Source of the DNA: Octopus vulgaris | Taxonomy: Eukaryota | Direction of reading: 5' to 3' | Length of the DNA stretch: 64,000 bases | Assembly (NCBI GenBank): GCA_951406725.2 | Contig: OX597819.1 | Location: 27,900,001-27,964,000, forward strand | Shown here: one piece after another, positions 51,136 through 63,956 of the stretch | How positions within the stretch are numbered: position 1 is the first letter of the stretch | Layout: each line of letters starts with the position of its first letter | The notes under the pieces: generated by a model | What the model saw: the letters and a program-made list of their open reading frames with translations, nothing else | The model's database searches: none | Told to the model about the DNA's origin: nothing | Made by a program: the position numbers and the translations under genes

Positions 51136-51314
51136 GAGAGTTTACGAAAAAAACAAAAGACGAAGACAGGTGGTGTACAAAACAAACAGATGTATTAGTA
51201 TAATGCTCAGGAATAGAAAAAGTCTTTTATGTTTCGAGCCTACGCTCTTCTACAGAAAGGGACACAGAAAAAACAAGGAGCGAAAAAAATGTGTGTAGTG
51301 GCTAACGATCTATC
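51136..51314 (-). mobile_element. Penelope-like remnant with hammerhead-like motif, copy 2
   Basis: Direct repeat of 49913-50094. Confidence 0.6.
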
Positions 51315-51612
51315 ATGGCAACTGGAGAACGATTTATTCTACTAAACTCTCCAAGGTGGTGCCACACTGGACCTGGTAAAATAGTCACACTGCTAACAGA
51401 GAATTGGATAACATAAGTAATATAGGTTGTCAAAGTGTGTGACAGAATAATTCATTTTAGGCTAGAAAAGGCCCCTTTACAGATTATTTCAATAACAGAT
51501 GGCAGTGATCACATTATCAAAGCTGCTAAACCACACAATCATGGGCCCAACACTAGGCCACACATGTACACAAACAAACACACAAAAACACATGCACATA
51601 TATAAATATTTG

Positions 51613-52038
51613 GGATCTTTTCGGTTTGAACGGCAGTTTTTTTCTAGCTGTGTCATATGAAATTGTCATCCATAATTTGACCCTAGTATCTATCTATTGC
51701 ATTTCAATCTGTTTTAGGGTTAGGGTTAGTTAGGGTTAGAGGTGGGGGGAAGGGTAGCTTTTTTCTTCACAAATGTAAATAAACCCAATCTGTTTCTTAA
51801 ACGAGGGACATATTCATACGGCACAGAATGTTTTTTACCTCAATGAATGTCACTAATTGGTTGAAATTGCAGAAATTGAAGAAAAAAAACAACAAATATC
51901 TTACAAACTATAGAATTTTCTCAATAAAGCCAAGAGAAAAAGATGTTTTATAAACACATTCTATCAGTATACGATGTTTAAAATTTTTTAGTTACCTAGA
52001 AATTATGTTAAAAACTGCCGTTGAAACTGAAAAGATCC
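51613..52038 (+). mobile_element. About 425-bp MITE, GG...CC termini, perfect 8-bp TSD
   Basis: aatatttg|ggatcttttcggtttgaacggcagtttt...aaaactgccgttgaaactgaaaagatcc|aatatttg; internal TTAGGG array; same family as 27752. Confidence 0.93.
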
Positions 52039-52600
52039 AATATTTGCATGAATGTTTGTATATGATTATGTAAAAGTGTGTCATGTTGCCTCCCTTCATG
52101 TTAAAAGATAATTTAGCCATTTACCATATAGAGATCACTAAAAGGAGAACCCAGATTGAAATATATAGTGAGATTGATATGATCAATCGACTAAAATCCT
52201 CGAAAGTGATTCCCCATCATGACTGAAATAAGTAAAATAATAACTGAATGCAAAAAGAGCGAATGTCATAACCAAGTTCCAGCTCAGGTAAAGAAGTTGA
52301 ATAAATGTTGAACTGTTGCATCTGTAGATAAGAATATTTATTAATTAAAATGTGTAAACAGAAATGTAAGCTATTTGGTTAATTAGTTCAGAAGTTCCAA
52401 ACTACTTGCTAATAATTCATTTCAAACATTGATATTAATATACAGTTGTTCTCAGTAATCTCATTTCATCCATTCAAATTTAGAAATGCCAAATTATTTT
52501 AATGAGTAAAGAAAAATAGTTTCTTAGAACAATACCCCAAATTGATATATTATGATAAAAAAAAAAATTCTCAACGGATTAATTTTATTCTAACCTTCAG

Positions 52601-52712
52601 TCTCTTTACTTAGCACCAATTAAAGACTTTGGAAATTCATCACAGAAAAAAGAATACATCTCACCTTACATAGATGGAGATAAAATAGGATGTTTTGCCT
52701 TAAGTGAACCAG
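52601..52712 (+). CDS. ACADS: ACADS exon 4 (not in the ORF track)
   Basis: cttcag|[38 protein letters not shown]|gtaatg; contains the acyl-CoA dehydrogenase motif GCFALSEP. Confidence 0.97.
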
Positions 52713-53325
52713 GTAATGTATTGCTGATAATGTTTACTGTTAAATCTCATTAAAATAATCAGATTTATTGCGTGCTGAGTCCAAATTTACAACAAGATGC
52801 AGTAATTGAATGGTTATTGTGGAAATTTCTAACACAATTATGAACAGGCTTTGTCTATCAGAGAAGATCTGTCACCTTGTAGCAATTTTTTGTCATCTCC
52901 TTCAAGAGGACAAGCCACCTGAGATCAGTTTTCACTGTTTCTTCCCTTATCTTCCTTCGTCTTATTCTCCTGCAAATTCCTTTCACTTAGACTGCTTGAC
53001 ACTCTATCCATCTATCATCTTCCATATAGATCACATGTCCATACCAACTCAGACATAGAGTGCATACAGAACTCTTACACATTTCTCTTATACCCAGTTA
53101 ATTGGAAATTACTTTACATAAATCAGTAAATATAACTAAAACATAAATGTAAGTTTCCTCTATTAACTTAGTCTGTTACAACTTTCTTAATTCCTATAAA
53201 AAGACTTCAGTTGTTGGGGAATCTTTCCATTAAGTGCAATTTCATGTTCTTGGTTGGAGGTCATTACAAAAGAGTAAATTATCAAATTTGTAATTATCTA
53301 TTAATGGGTTTGAACTGACTGTTAT

Positions 53326-53538
53326 CTATTTCTTTATTACCCACAAGGGGCTAAACATAGAGGGGACAAACAAGGACAGACATAGGTATTAAGTCGATAA
53401 CATCGACCCCAGTGCGGAACTGGTACTTAATTTGTTGACTCCGAAAGGATGAAAGGCAAAGTCAACCGTGGCGGAATTTGAACTCACAACGTAACGACAG
53501 GCGAAATACCGCTAAGCATTTCGCCCGGCGTGCTAACG
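53326..53538 (-). mobile_element. Young family-B SINE
   Basis: CpG-rich, very similar to 59668-59899. Confidence 0.9.
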
Positions 53539-54974
53539 GTTCTGCCAGCTCGACGCCTTCTCTGTTATCATCTTTGTTTCTATATTTCCTTTATACGATT
53601 TATCATTACATGCCTGGTTTATTTTTTTTTTATGAGGGTGTGGTTTGGACAAGTCTGTTACATCACAGCATCTCACCATGTTACTGGTCCTGGTCATCTC
53701 CTTTGTGATGCTCAACAACATGCTGAGATTAACTTTCACCGTTTCATGCTGTACCTTATGTCTGTATCTTGTGTCTGTATAGTTTCTGTCTAAGACATTG
53801 ACCAACCAAAGCTATAACAGAAGGTGCTCACTCAAGATGCTATACTGTGTGAGCAAACCTGGAATCACATGGTTGCAAAGCAAACTTCTTAACTACACTG
53901 CCATATCTGCATCATTTTAGGGGAAAAAAAAGTCTCCTTTAATAATAGCCTTTATTAGATAACCTTATTTACTTAACCTTGTTTGATACCAACCTACTTG
54001 AGTTCTTTAATTCAAAAGAAATTGATTTTATATCCTAGAACTCAAATTGGTTGATATTTTTGATACTAAAATTCTTGTTTTGAAGTCTTCAGCTTTAAAT
54101 TAAAACATAATTGATATGTAAGATCCTTTTTAAGTTATGTTCCAAAAACCAAATTAATCATGAAAATACTAATTATTTGACAAAATTCCTTAAAACTTCA
54201 GATTATTTCAAAATTAATTAAAACATATGAATAGCATATCTTATTAAGAATATAGAAATGAAAGGGTTATGAAAATAATTTTAAAAATTGAATTTACTGA
54301 AAAAAATGTCTTTCTTTATATACGTGATTGCAGAGAAAGTGATTAATTGTTATGCAGGTTTCATAATTGTGGAAAATTGTAGTACAATGAGGAAGGCGAA
54401 AACAAGAGTGAAAGAAGTCAAGTAATTGTAATAAAAGAGAAGAGATAGAAATATATTAGTTTCTAAGCCAGCACATTTGTCTTCAGTTGATGTGGCATTA
54501 AGCTGATAATAATGGTGACAGTTGAGTTATTAGAGATACAAGGACAATGAAGTTGTAAATAGGTTCCTTATCTCGATTACGTAGATATTTCAAATGCTAA
54601 CAAAAGTGTTAGTATGTTATCAAGTTTTTGTTGTGTTTTATTGGAGAAGTTTTAAAATGCCAATGCAAATAATGATGAGAGTTCTGTCTTGTAATTGAAA
54701 GACAAGCAATTTGTAATTTGCATCATTAAACGAACTCACTAAACCTGTATATGAGAAGTGCAGACATAAGAAATTACTTTATGAGAAGAATAAGTTAGGT
54801 AGTGCAGTTAAATAAAAAATAAAACGTTTTATGTACATTAGATAAGAGTGTCTTGTAAAGTATTAGGTCAAGGTCAAGAAAACACCTAAGTATATCAGGG
54901 ATAACAGAGAAATTTATTTAGTTTAAGAAAAGCTAAATATTAAGTTGGGAACATATAAACAGATGATAATCCAT

Positions 54975-55184
54975 TCTTTTATAGTCACAAGGCCTGAAAT
55001 TTTGGAGGAGTGGTCTAGTCAATTATATCAATCCCAGTGCTCAACTTTTACTTATTTTATTGACCCCAAAAGGATGAAAGACAAAGTTGGCCTAAGTGGA
55101 ATTTGAACTCCCAACATAAAGACAGGCAAAATGCCACTAAACATTTTGTCCAGCATGCTAATGTTTCTTCCAGCTCCCCACCTT
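54975..55184 (-). mobile_element. Family-B SINE
   Basis: gaccccaaaaggatgaaag...ggaatttgaactc core. Confidence 0.8.
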
Positions 55185-56431
55185 GTAAATAAGTGATAAT
55201 AACTAAGAAAATATCACATATCACATTTGTTAACTACATACCAGAGTATATCATTTAATGATGAGGTAATATTGAAAAATTACATCTGATATATTAAAGT
55301 TTTCTTGGTTATATATTGTTTATAGATAACAGTATCATATTCTGTGATAATTATCTTGAGCTTTGGGTAAGGAAAACTAACTCTACTTGCTGTTGAGCCA
55401 ACTAGTTTATTTGGTCTTGATGCCAAAGCTAATAAGATGTCCAAGGACCTAAGTAACTCATGACCCCTATACTATCCATATTATTGTCTAATGAGATATA
55501 AGTTGGTCATTCAATTAGCATAAATCACTTTCATCTTCTCTATTTCTAACTATTTTGTTAATTTTATATAAAATATTTTTAGAGTTGTAATTTTTTCCTG
55601 AAAATGGCTAAAGTGTTATTAGAAAACTGAGTTTTTGCATATGATTTATATAGTGACGATTTATCTGATAATCAAAGATAATCATTAGAGTTCGAGAAAG
55701 TCTTCAAGAATTAATTCAGTCCTAAAAGAGAAATGCTTATAAAAAAAAAAAGCCACTATTGGAGGAAAGTAAGGCAAGGGTAGTGCAATCCTGTTGTGCC
55801 TGTCCACACTTTCTCACTCTTTTACACCTACCTACTCACTCATCTTTTCTGTTCCCCTATCCCTATTCTCTCTCTCATATTCACCTTGAACTTTGAAAGT
55901 ATGCCCTCACCATCTCCATCTCTCTCTCTCTCTCTCTCTCTCCAGCTGAGGAAGCCATGTATTCACCTCTTCAGTAAGATACCTGTTCTTGTCCCTCTTT
56001 CATATTTTCACATCCTTCAATACTATACTCCACTCGGTTGAGGGGGTCTTGTCTTGTGAGTACTTGGCAACCTCACAAGTGCTGGTGCCATGAAATAGAA
56101 ATAAAAAAAAAGAAAAGAAAACTACGTAGTACATTCTGTAAAGTAATCGGTGTCAGGAAAGGCATCCAGCTATAGAAACCATGCCAAACCAGACATTGGA
56201 GCTCAGCACTGCCCCCTGGCTCATCAATTCCTATCAAACTGTCCAACCCATGCCAGCAGAGGAAAAAGGATGTTAAATGATGATGTTAAACATTCCTTTT
56301 ATTCCTTGTACACCTACAGTTCTTGCTTGTAGCTTTTTTATTTGTGTGTGTATGTGAGCCAGACCTCTATGAATTTATAGCATGAAACTTAGTGATAAGA
56401 TTCTATTTAAATCTGTCTATTTATCATTCAG

Positions 56432-56547
56432 GTAATGGGAGTGATGCAGCTGCAGCATCAACAGTTGCACACCTGCATGGTGACCATTGGGTGCTAAATG
56501 GTACCAAGTCATGGATCACCAATGGCTATGAAGCTTCAGCAGCAATT
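56432..56547 (+). CDS. ACADS: ACADS exon 5
   Basis: attcag|[39 protein letters not shown]|gtaagt; phase 1-0. Confidence 0.97.
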
Positions 56548-57299
56548 GTAAGTATTTGCTTAATCATTATTCTTCATCCACATCATTTTTATTGTATCAG
56601 CCACTGCAAGAGTTCTATTTCCCTTTCTATTTCCTGTTATCTTTCTCACTGGATGACGATGTGTACTACATTTTTTTGGTGATGTTCAAAACATCTTTGG
56701 TTACAGACGGGTTGATATATGAGTACAACTAAGTTTTGCTGTTGCATAGTCACAGTCTTCTTTAGTTTGTCATCTTCTCTAGTCATTAATAGCCACAATT
56801 AAAAATCATCAGAATCATTACAAATTATGAGGAACTCTTATAACAACTGTTTGTTGTTTGTTCCTTCTCAAGCCATCCCTGGCTCATTAAGGCTGGTTTC
56901 CTTGGCACATAGGTTCCTCACCTGGATGGGACACCAGTCTGTTGCAGGTGAGCTGCAAGATGCTGGAGGAAAGAGTGAAAGTTGTGGCAAAAAAGTCAGC
57001 AGAAGTTCGCCATTACGATCTGTCGAAGCCGCGGGGAGTTTAGGTGTTTTGCTCATAAACACACACATTGCCTGGTCTGAGATTCGAACCTGCGATCCCT
57101 CGACTGTGAGTCTGCTGCTCTAACCACTAGGACATGTGCATATATAACATTGCCAAAACTGCATTACAAAGAAAAGATTCTTCTTTAAGGCCAGAATTTA
57201 CTTCACTTCCAATCAGTTACCAACTCATACAAATATCAAGTGTGACCCACATTGTAAAACTATTCATATGCACGAAATGGGGCTATCACTTATAGATAA

Positions 57300-58398
57300 C
57301 TTTGACTGTAGCCCTCACCCCGACCAACCAAATAAAAAAAAACATGCTGTTTTCTTTCTCTTGACTTTTATTTTTACAATATGTTGTCAATTGTTTAAAG
57401 TTCAATTTGAACACAAACGTAGCCAGTCTAAGAAGACCTACAAAAATTGTGAGAATTGTCCTTTGAATTTAAGTTGTATGTGTGTGTGTGTGTGTCTGTG
57501 TGTGTGTGTGTGTGTGTGAGTGTGTATACATTAGGCAGTGAACAAAGAACAGGGAAATGACAAGCTTTAAGAAATGTTATATTAGTTTAATGTTTAAAAA
57601 GAAGAGAAAATCTCATGACATTTCAGATATTTGTCTTTCATCAGAAAGAAATAAAAGAATGAGAAAAGATATTAGGCAATATAAAAAGTATAAGAAAAAG
57701 TGGTTGGGGGAAATGGTTAGGGATCAGGTGGGAATGCTGTTTTATGGGAAGGGAGTAAGAGGTGGTGGAGGACGCATGTATAAAAGTGTATCTATGTGTG
57801 AGTATAAAACATCTGTAGTGACATCATATTCCAGTGTGCGCACACGCAACGTCATTCTTCAGTGTGCGTGTGCGGGGTTGGAACTTCTGGAACCTTCTGG
57901 ATAGGCATAAGGAAGTTCGATCCCTCATGCACATGCGCTAGAGACTGGGGAAGAAATTCTATCGCGTTCCTTAATAGCGTCGTTGACTTGAGACATGGCG
58001 ATAGAAGAGAAAGGACGTATTTTTAAACGTGTGATCAGCCTATTCTCCTGTCCCAGACGCTTAGGAAATGACCTGCTCTGTTGTTGCTGAATTGTTGTAA
58101 GATTCTTACAAACGTTAAAATTCAGCCTTGCTGTGTTGAACTAAGTGGATACCAATATACCAACGTGCTTCATTTGTGAATAAGAGAATAAAGAATCATA
58201 TATATTTTTAAAGTTGCGTTTTGTTCCTGACTGGTAGTTTCTAGAAACAAAAAGAAAGGAAATTGTGTTGCACCCAAGTTGCACCCAAAAAGTGTAAAGA
58301 AGCAACCAGTTCCCTTTACACATCTTTCCCTCTATGTAATCTGTCCTTCAGTCTGTATATCTAATTATCATACAGTTTTCTCTCACTTTATATATAGA
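57300..58398 (-). mobile_element. Helitron-like insertion (3' end uncertain)
   Basis: Minus-strand start A|TCTATATATAAAGTGAG at 58398, like the other Helitron heads; CpG-rich interior. Confidence 0.45.
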
Positions 58399-58586
58399 TG
58401 TCTTATTGGCTTATATATAGATATTTTATTTCTCTAATAAATTATTTTTAAAAATTTCATCTTTCTAATAATAGATAATTTTGGTGGTCTTCATGAATGA
58501 CTGACATATAGTGCTTTACTCATTTTACTTGTAGAGTATTTTTGTTTTTTAAATCTACTTTAGGTATTTTGAATATTTTCTTTCAG

Positions 58587-58622
58587 GTTTTTGCAACAAC
58601 AGACAAAGCTAAGAAACACAAG
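58587..58622 (+). CDS. ACADS: ACADS exon 6 (36-nt mini-exon)
   Basis: tttcag|VFATTDKAKKHK|gtattg; fills the gap matching SCAD VFASTDRALQNK. Confidence 0.93.
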
Positions 58623-58695
58623 GTATTGTTAGTTATTTATATTTTAAGACCATATATCATACATTTTCAAATGAAAATTGATGTAGCATCTCATA

Positions 58696-58745
<50 letters not shown>

Positions 58746-58758
58746 GATCTTGCAGGCA

Positions 58759-59638
58759 TGAAGTAGATTTGATCCTAGATAGCCAAATTTAAATTAACAC
58801 TTCAACAGTATTTTTCTCATGGTAAAACAATAGTTTTTCTGTGATAGTTTTCTGTGACAGCAGTTAACATTTTACAAATGTCTTAGCTAAGCAAAATAAT
58901 ATCTTTGCCACTTGACCCTTCTAACCTCTTCTATTTCACTGAAAGCTAGAATTAAGATAACAAGTACCACCAACGAAATCTATTGTTCTCAACGATATGT
59001 CTATCCTTCTTAATAGTTATTAAATCAAGAACCCTCTAGTAAAAGTTAGTCAGTTAGTGACAACTCGAGTTAGTGAGAACCTGAGTTAGAGACAGCGACC
59101 AACAGTTAGTGAACGGACCACTAGAATCATGGCCACAAGCAGGCAACCACTAAAGACAAACAGCCAGAGGAAAAAAGAAAGTTACAATCAGCAACTATGT
59201 GAGACAACTTCCCTCGACTCTTTCACTATCACTAGCTCAGCTCACTTTCTTCTTAGAACTTTACTCCATCTCTATCTGTAATTACTATTACACAATGACG
59301 AGAACCCAAACACAAACTACACAAGGAAAATCTACATCTTTACTTGGCATGCATTACGATTTTATCACCTGCTTGTCGAGGCAAGGTATCTTACAATGTA
59401 ATGGTAACATAGATATTTTCTTCACAACTTCAATCACTGTTCTTTCATCTTTACATAATGGCAATCAACGAAGAACCAATCCTTACAAACTGATTACAAC
59501 TTCAACGTTCCATATTATTGTACACTAATTAATTTCAACCATTACAAAAATAAACTTCTACCATTACAAATTGGGGATTCAGCTGTTACACTAATATCTA
59601 CCATTACAAAGTTGTGATCCTGACGTTGCACCATAACA
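58759..59638 (+). mobile_element. Probable second solo LTR (880 bp)
   Basis: ggca|TG...CA|ggca 4-bp TSD, AATAAA at 59549; terminal inverted repeat weak. Confidence 0.5.
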
Positions 59639-59667
59639 GGCATTGATTACAAATTGTTGACCACTAC

Positions 59668-59899
59668 CTATTTCTTTACTGCCCACAAGGGGCTACACAC
59701 AGAGGGGACAAACAAGGACAGACAAACGGATTAAGTCAATTATATCAACCCCAGTGCGTAACTGGTACTTATTTAATCGACCCCGAAAGGATGAAAGGCA
59801 AAGTCGACCTCGGCGGAATTTGAACTCAGAACGTAGCAGCAGACAAAATACTGCTAAGCATTTCGCCCGGCGTGCTAACGTTTTTGCCAGCTCACCGCC
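59668..59899 (-). mobile_element. Young family-B SINE with TSD-like flanks
   Basis: Full head-to-tail match to the family; aattgttgaccactacc present on both sides. Confidence 0.92.
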
Positions 59900-60116
59900 T
59901 AATTGTTGACCACTACCATTACATATATATTCTTTTAAGCATTTCTAGTTAAGTTTTGTAGTTGTTTCATATGATACAAGCAAAAAAATTATTCTTATCA
60001 GGTATTAGTTTTCTTTTGAGACATGATATGAGAAATAACAATAATATTTAGGATTTACAAAACTAAATGTAATTACAGAGGGTATAAATAATCTTTATAT
60101 TTATCATTTTAAACAG

Positions 60117-60287
60117 GGTATAAGTGCATTTATTGTACCAACATCTTCTGAAGGGTTTTCTCTTGGGAAAAAAGAAGACAAACTTGGCATCAGGGGTTCT
60201 TCAACATGTAATTTAATTTTTGATGATTGCAAAATTCCTAAAGAAAATATCCTTGGTCCAGAAGGAGCTGGTTTTAAAATTGCTATG
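60117..60287 (+). CDS. ACADS: ACADS exon 7 (not in the ORF track)
   Basis: aaacag|[57 protein letters not shown]|gtaagt; 171 nt. Confidence 0.97.
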
Positions 60288-60362
60288 GTAAGTTTCCGTT
60301 AATTTAAAGTAAACTGTAAATATTTGTGATTGATTACATTTTGTAATCAAGAGTTTTGTGTT

Positions 60363-60779
60363 AATCGAATCGATCAATGGAAATCGAATCGATCAATGGA
60401 AATCGATCAATGGAAATTGCAGATGTGTTACCAGTGCTGGTGGCATGTAAGAGAACCTTCCGTTTCGCGACCGTTGCCAGCACCGCCCTGTTTCGTGTCC
60501 GTTGCCAGCCTCGCCTGGCCCTCGTGCCGGTGGCACATAAAAAGCACCATCCGTTCGTGGTCGTTTGCCAGCTCTGTCTGGCACCTGTGCGGGTGGCACG
60601 TAAAAAGCACCCACTACACTCACGGAGTGGTTGGCGTTAGGAAGGGCATCCAGCCGTAGAAACACTGCCAGATTTGACTGGGCCTGATGAAGCCTTCTGG
60701 CTTCACAGACCCCAGTAGAACCGTCCAACCCATGCTAGCATGGAAAACGGACGCTAAGCGATGATGATGATGATGATGA
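60363..60779 (+). mobile_element. Young family-C repeat filling most of ACADS intron 7
   Basis: Head with aatcgatcaatgga x3, CpG-rich body, (GAT)n tail. Confidence 0.9.
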
Positions 60780-60824
60780 ATGTTTAATACCTTAAAATTA
60801 TTGAATATAAAATTCATTTTTCAG

Positions 60825-60881
60825 CAAGTTCTTGACGGTGGTAGAATTGGTATTGCTGCTCAAGCTGTCGGAATAGCTCAG
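60825..60881 (+). CDS. ACADS: ACADS exon 8
   Basis: tttcag|QVLDGGRIGIAAQAVGIAQ|gtaaac. Confidence 0.96.
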
Positions 60882-62264
60882 GTAAACTATAAATTTTCTT
60901 TTGTTCATGGTATAACTGTGTGGTTAAGAAATTCACTTCAGAACTATGAGATTTCTTATACAATCCTACTGTGTAGCAACTTAAGAAAGTGTCTTCTACC
61001 ATAACCTCAGGTTAGCCAAAACTTTATGAATGAAATTTGGCTGGTAGATACTTTGTGGAAACTCAGCTTAGAGATAGATTACATTTTTAGATTGTAAACA
61101 TGTGTTACCTGGTTTAACACCATTATCTTGTCCTTATGTGCCTTTAGTAGGATTCACTTTATTGCAAACATTTGAGTCAGGTATCTGGTTTAAAGATAAC
61201 TTCCTCCTTTCCTCACACCAGTCACAGAGGTCCTGAAAAGGATGATATGCACTGGTATTTCTCTCTTGACTAAGCCATTTAAAAAATATTTATGTATTTG
61301 TAACACATGGTATAAACTGTAATTACAGTTGATTAATATAAACTAATTATTTATCAAATATGTCAAAGTTGTGCTTATTTTAAATCATCATCACCAATAT
61401 CATCAACATCATTATTTTTATGTCCATTTTTCCATGATGACATGAGTAAGATAGGTCTTACAGTATTTCATCACTTGTCACAGTCCTCATTGTCTGCTAC
61501 ATGCAGCAACAAAGAAGACTGCAAAACTTTAACGTTATGTATGTCATGATTTTTAGGTCATTGTTTTTGCAGCTCAATGCCCTTCCTATCACCAGCCACT
61601 TGACAATATTTTTTTATTTTATTGGTTAAGCCCTTCACTTCCTATAAAGCATAGGCCATCAACAACTTTTCTCCACTGTTCATGACTCTGGATTATCTTC
61701 AGAGCCACCCACTCAGTAAAAAGGTGGGGTACTTCTCAGGTCTTGTTGATTTTGAATTATTGATGCTTCTGTAACTTTGCTTTTTTCTGGGCAGAGGTGT
61801 TGGCCCTATGCAAACCCATTTTTACCTCTGGGAAGATATAGATGGTCCATATTAGTCTGGTCTCTATCTTTTGACCTGTCCAGCATGTGAGGCCCTACCA
61901 GGAACTTGCACCTTGCTGGCGTAGCTCTCTGGGCCATTGAGGCACACAAACAACCACACTGCAACAAAAACTGGACCTTGTAGTATAATGATATAGTCTG
62001 GGTATATTGAGTCATTGGCACAAAAGAGTCCAAACTACTCTATATCTGTTTTACATTCAGAAAAGTAATGAACCATTGCAAATGTGATAAAATTGTTTTA
62101 CTGTAAAAATTATTATCAATTTATTTTGGTTCAATCAGCTCTTTTTATTGAATTTTTTTATAATTATTTTTAGAAAAAATTTTAAAATTTCAATGTCTCT
62201 TTAAATTTGGAATTAGATGCATTTTTTTTATCTATTTCCTTACCGCATTTGTTTTCTCTATTAG

Positions 62265-62345
62265 GCTGCAATGGATTGTGCTGTGGCATATTCTCTTAAA
62301 AGAGAAGCATTTGGAGCCCCAATTGCTAAATTACAAGCTGTTCAG
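62265..62345 (+). CDS. ACADS: ACADS exon 9 (not in the ORF track)
   Basis: tattag|AAMDCAVAYSLKREAFGAPIAKLQAVQ|gtatac. Confidence 0.96.
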
Positions 62346-62642
62346 GTATACTATACTTTTAAATATATTTTACTTATAAAGGATTGCATGTGTACTCTAA
62401 AAGATTAATTTCTTTCCTTACCATTTGGGGAGGAATATAGACAATGAGTATATGTATATGTGCATGAATACTTGTACATATGTATGTGTGTCCTTATATG
62501 GAAGGAATAAAGATCAAATTGTGTAGGAATAATAGCTGAAAGAGAAAATATTTATCTTTACATAGAATTAGAATAAAACATTAAAATGTACAACAATATT
62601 TTGAAGCAATATAATATGACTGTTTGTATATTTGTATTACAG

Positions 62643-62738
62643 ATGAAATTAGCTGACATGGCATCCAAAATCGATTCTTCTCGTCTTCTTTTATGGAGAG
62701 CTGCTATGTTAAAGGATGCTAAAAGACCTTTTTCAAAG
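62643..62738 (+). CDS. ACADS: ACADS exon 10
   Basis: ttacag|[32 protein letters not shown]|gtaaga. Confidence 0.97.
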
Positions 62739-63410
62739 GTAAGATTATATAAATATACTGTGGAAGATAACGGAAATCTAGTATTGAAATGTATGTTTAT
62801 GAAATTGTTTTAATACAGTCGCAATAATCTGAATCACTGCATCCTTCAAAACTTCCATGCTTCCTAAGATTCGCCAACACTATACCTGATTGAAAGACTA
62901 CATCTTGTTTGCACAATTCAATCAAGCCAAAGATGAAACTTATGAATGAGGCATAGTCCTTCAATCCATCTAGGAGAGCAATAACTCTGAATAAAGAACT
63001 GACTTGGACTGTGATGATCTGTCCAACCCATGTCAGCCTGGAAAATAGACAGCTAATGAGAACCTCTCTGCAATCATTTGACTAACAAGGGATAAATAAA
63101 TCTCCCTCAATCATAGGTCTTGATCAGGGCCAATCTCAGCTGAAATTGGAATAGCTACAACATATCAACTTACCTTGCACATGGTCACTACATTTGTGAA
63201 TCATCTGGTTTCAAGGCAGAGATGACAATTTTGAAAATATAGGTACCAATGTAGTAATCATTAAAGTGAACAAAGGATATAACCTTCAACAGAACTGCTT
63301 TATTTTTCAGCTAGAAGACCCTATTTTGTAAGAGTTGTTCAATATCAGAGAAAGTCATGTTAGATAAATCAGTTGATGTTAATTCATTAACAAGTTTTTC
63401 TCTGTTACAG

Positions 63411-63467
63411 GAATCAGCCATGGCTAAGTTAGTTGCTTCAGAAGCTGCAACTGCTGTTAGTCACCAG
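63411..63467 (+). CDS. ACADS: ACADS exon 11 (gene continues beyond the window)
   Basis: ttacag|ESAMAKLVASEAATAVSHQ|gtaagt. The C-terminal region with the catalytic Glu (IYEGT) is not in the window. Confidence 0.96.
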
Positions 63468-63522
63468 GTAAGTTATAACTTATTGATTTCAATTTAAAAA
63501 ATGTTAATTATTTTGAAATTAA

Positions 63523-63743
63523 CCCTTTCGTTACTGTATTTATTTTGAGATGCTCTGTGTTTCTTTCAATTACTTTAGATATAACAAAGAATTTAGTAAA
63601 ATAACTTAGTTATCATTCAGCCAGTGTTAGGAACATAAATTGTGACTAAGGTTTGGTGGAAGATTTTAATTCAAAATTTATGAAAACAAGACCTTTGTAC
63701 TACAGAGCCAGAGCCAGTTTCAGCCAGGTTGGTAACGAAAGGG
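63523..63743. mobile_element. piggyBac-type MITE
   Basis: TTAA|ccctttcgttac ... gtaacgaaaggg|TTAA: perfect 12-bp TIRs and TTAA TSD. Confidence 0.92.
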
Positions 63744-63956
63744 TTAAGTTCCTTCTTTCACTCTTTTCTGTCACTGGTCTGTAGCCATGCTAGGGCATAG
63801 ACTTCAAAGGTTTTAGTCAAGCATATTGACCCTCCCCCTCAATACTTATTTTAGTTTGGTATTCATTTTTATAGCTCTCTAATGAAGCACTAGGTTACCT
63901 TTTTGAAAATTAAACAGGTTTTTACATTCGTAAATATAAACTCTCGCACATACATA

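Noticed and set aside
53973-54270. Second piggyBac-like MITE
   Set aside because: Termini (ttaaccttgttt / gaaagggttat) are too degenerate to confirm TIRs or a TTAA TSD.
60330-60817. Overlapping GC-rich ORFs on both strands
   Set aside because: All lie within a family-C repeat repeated at 38425 and 48166.
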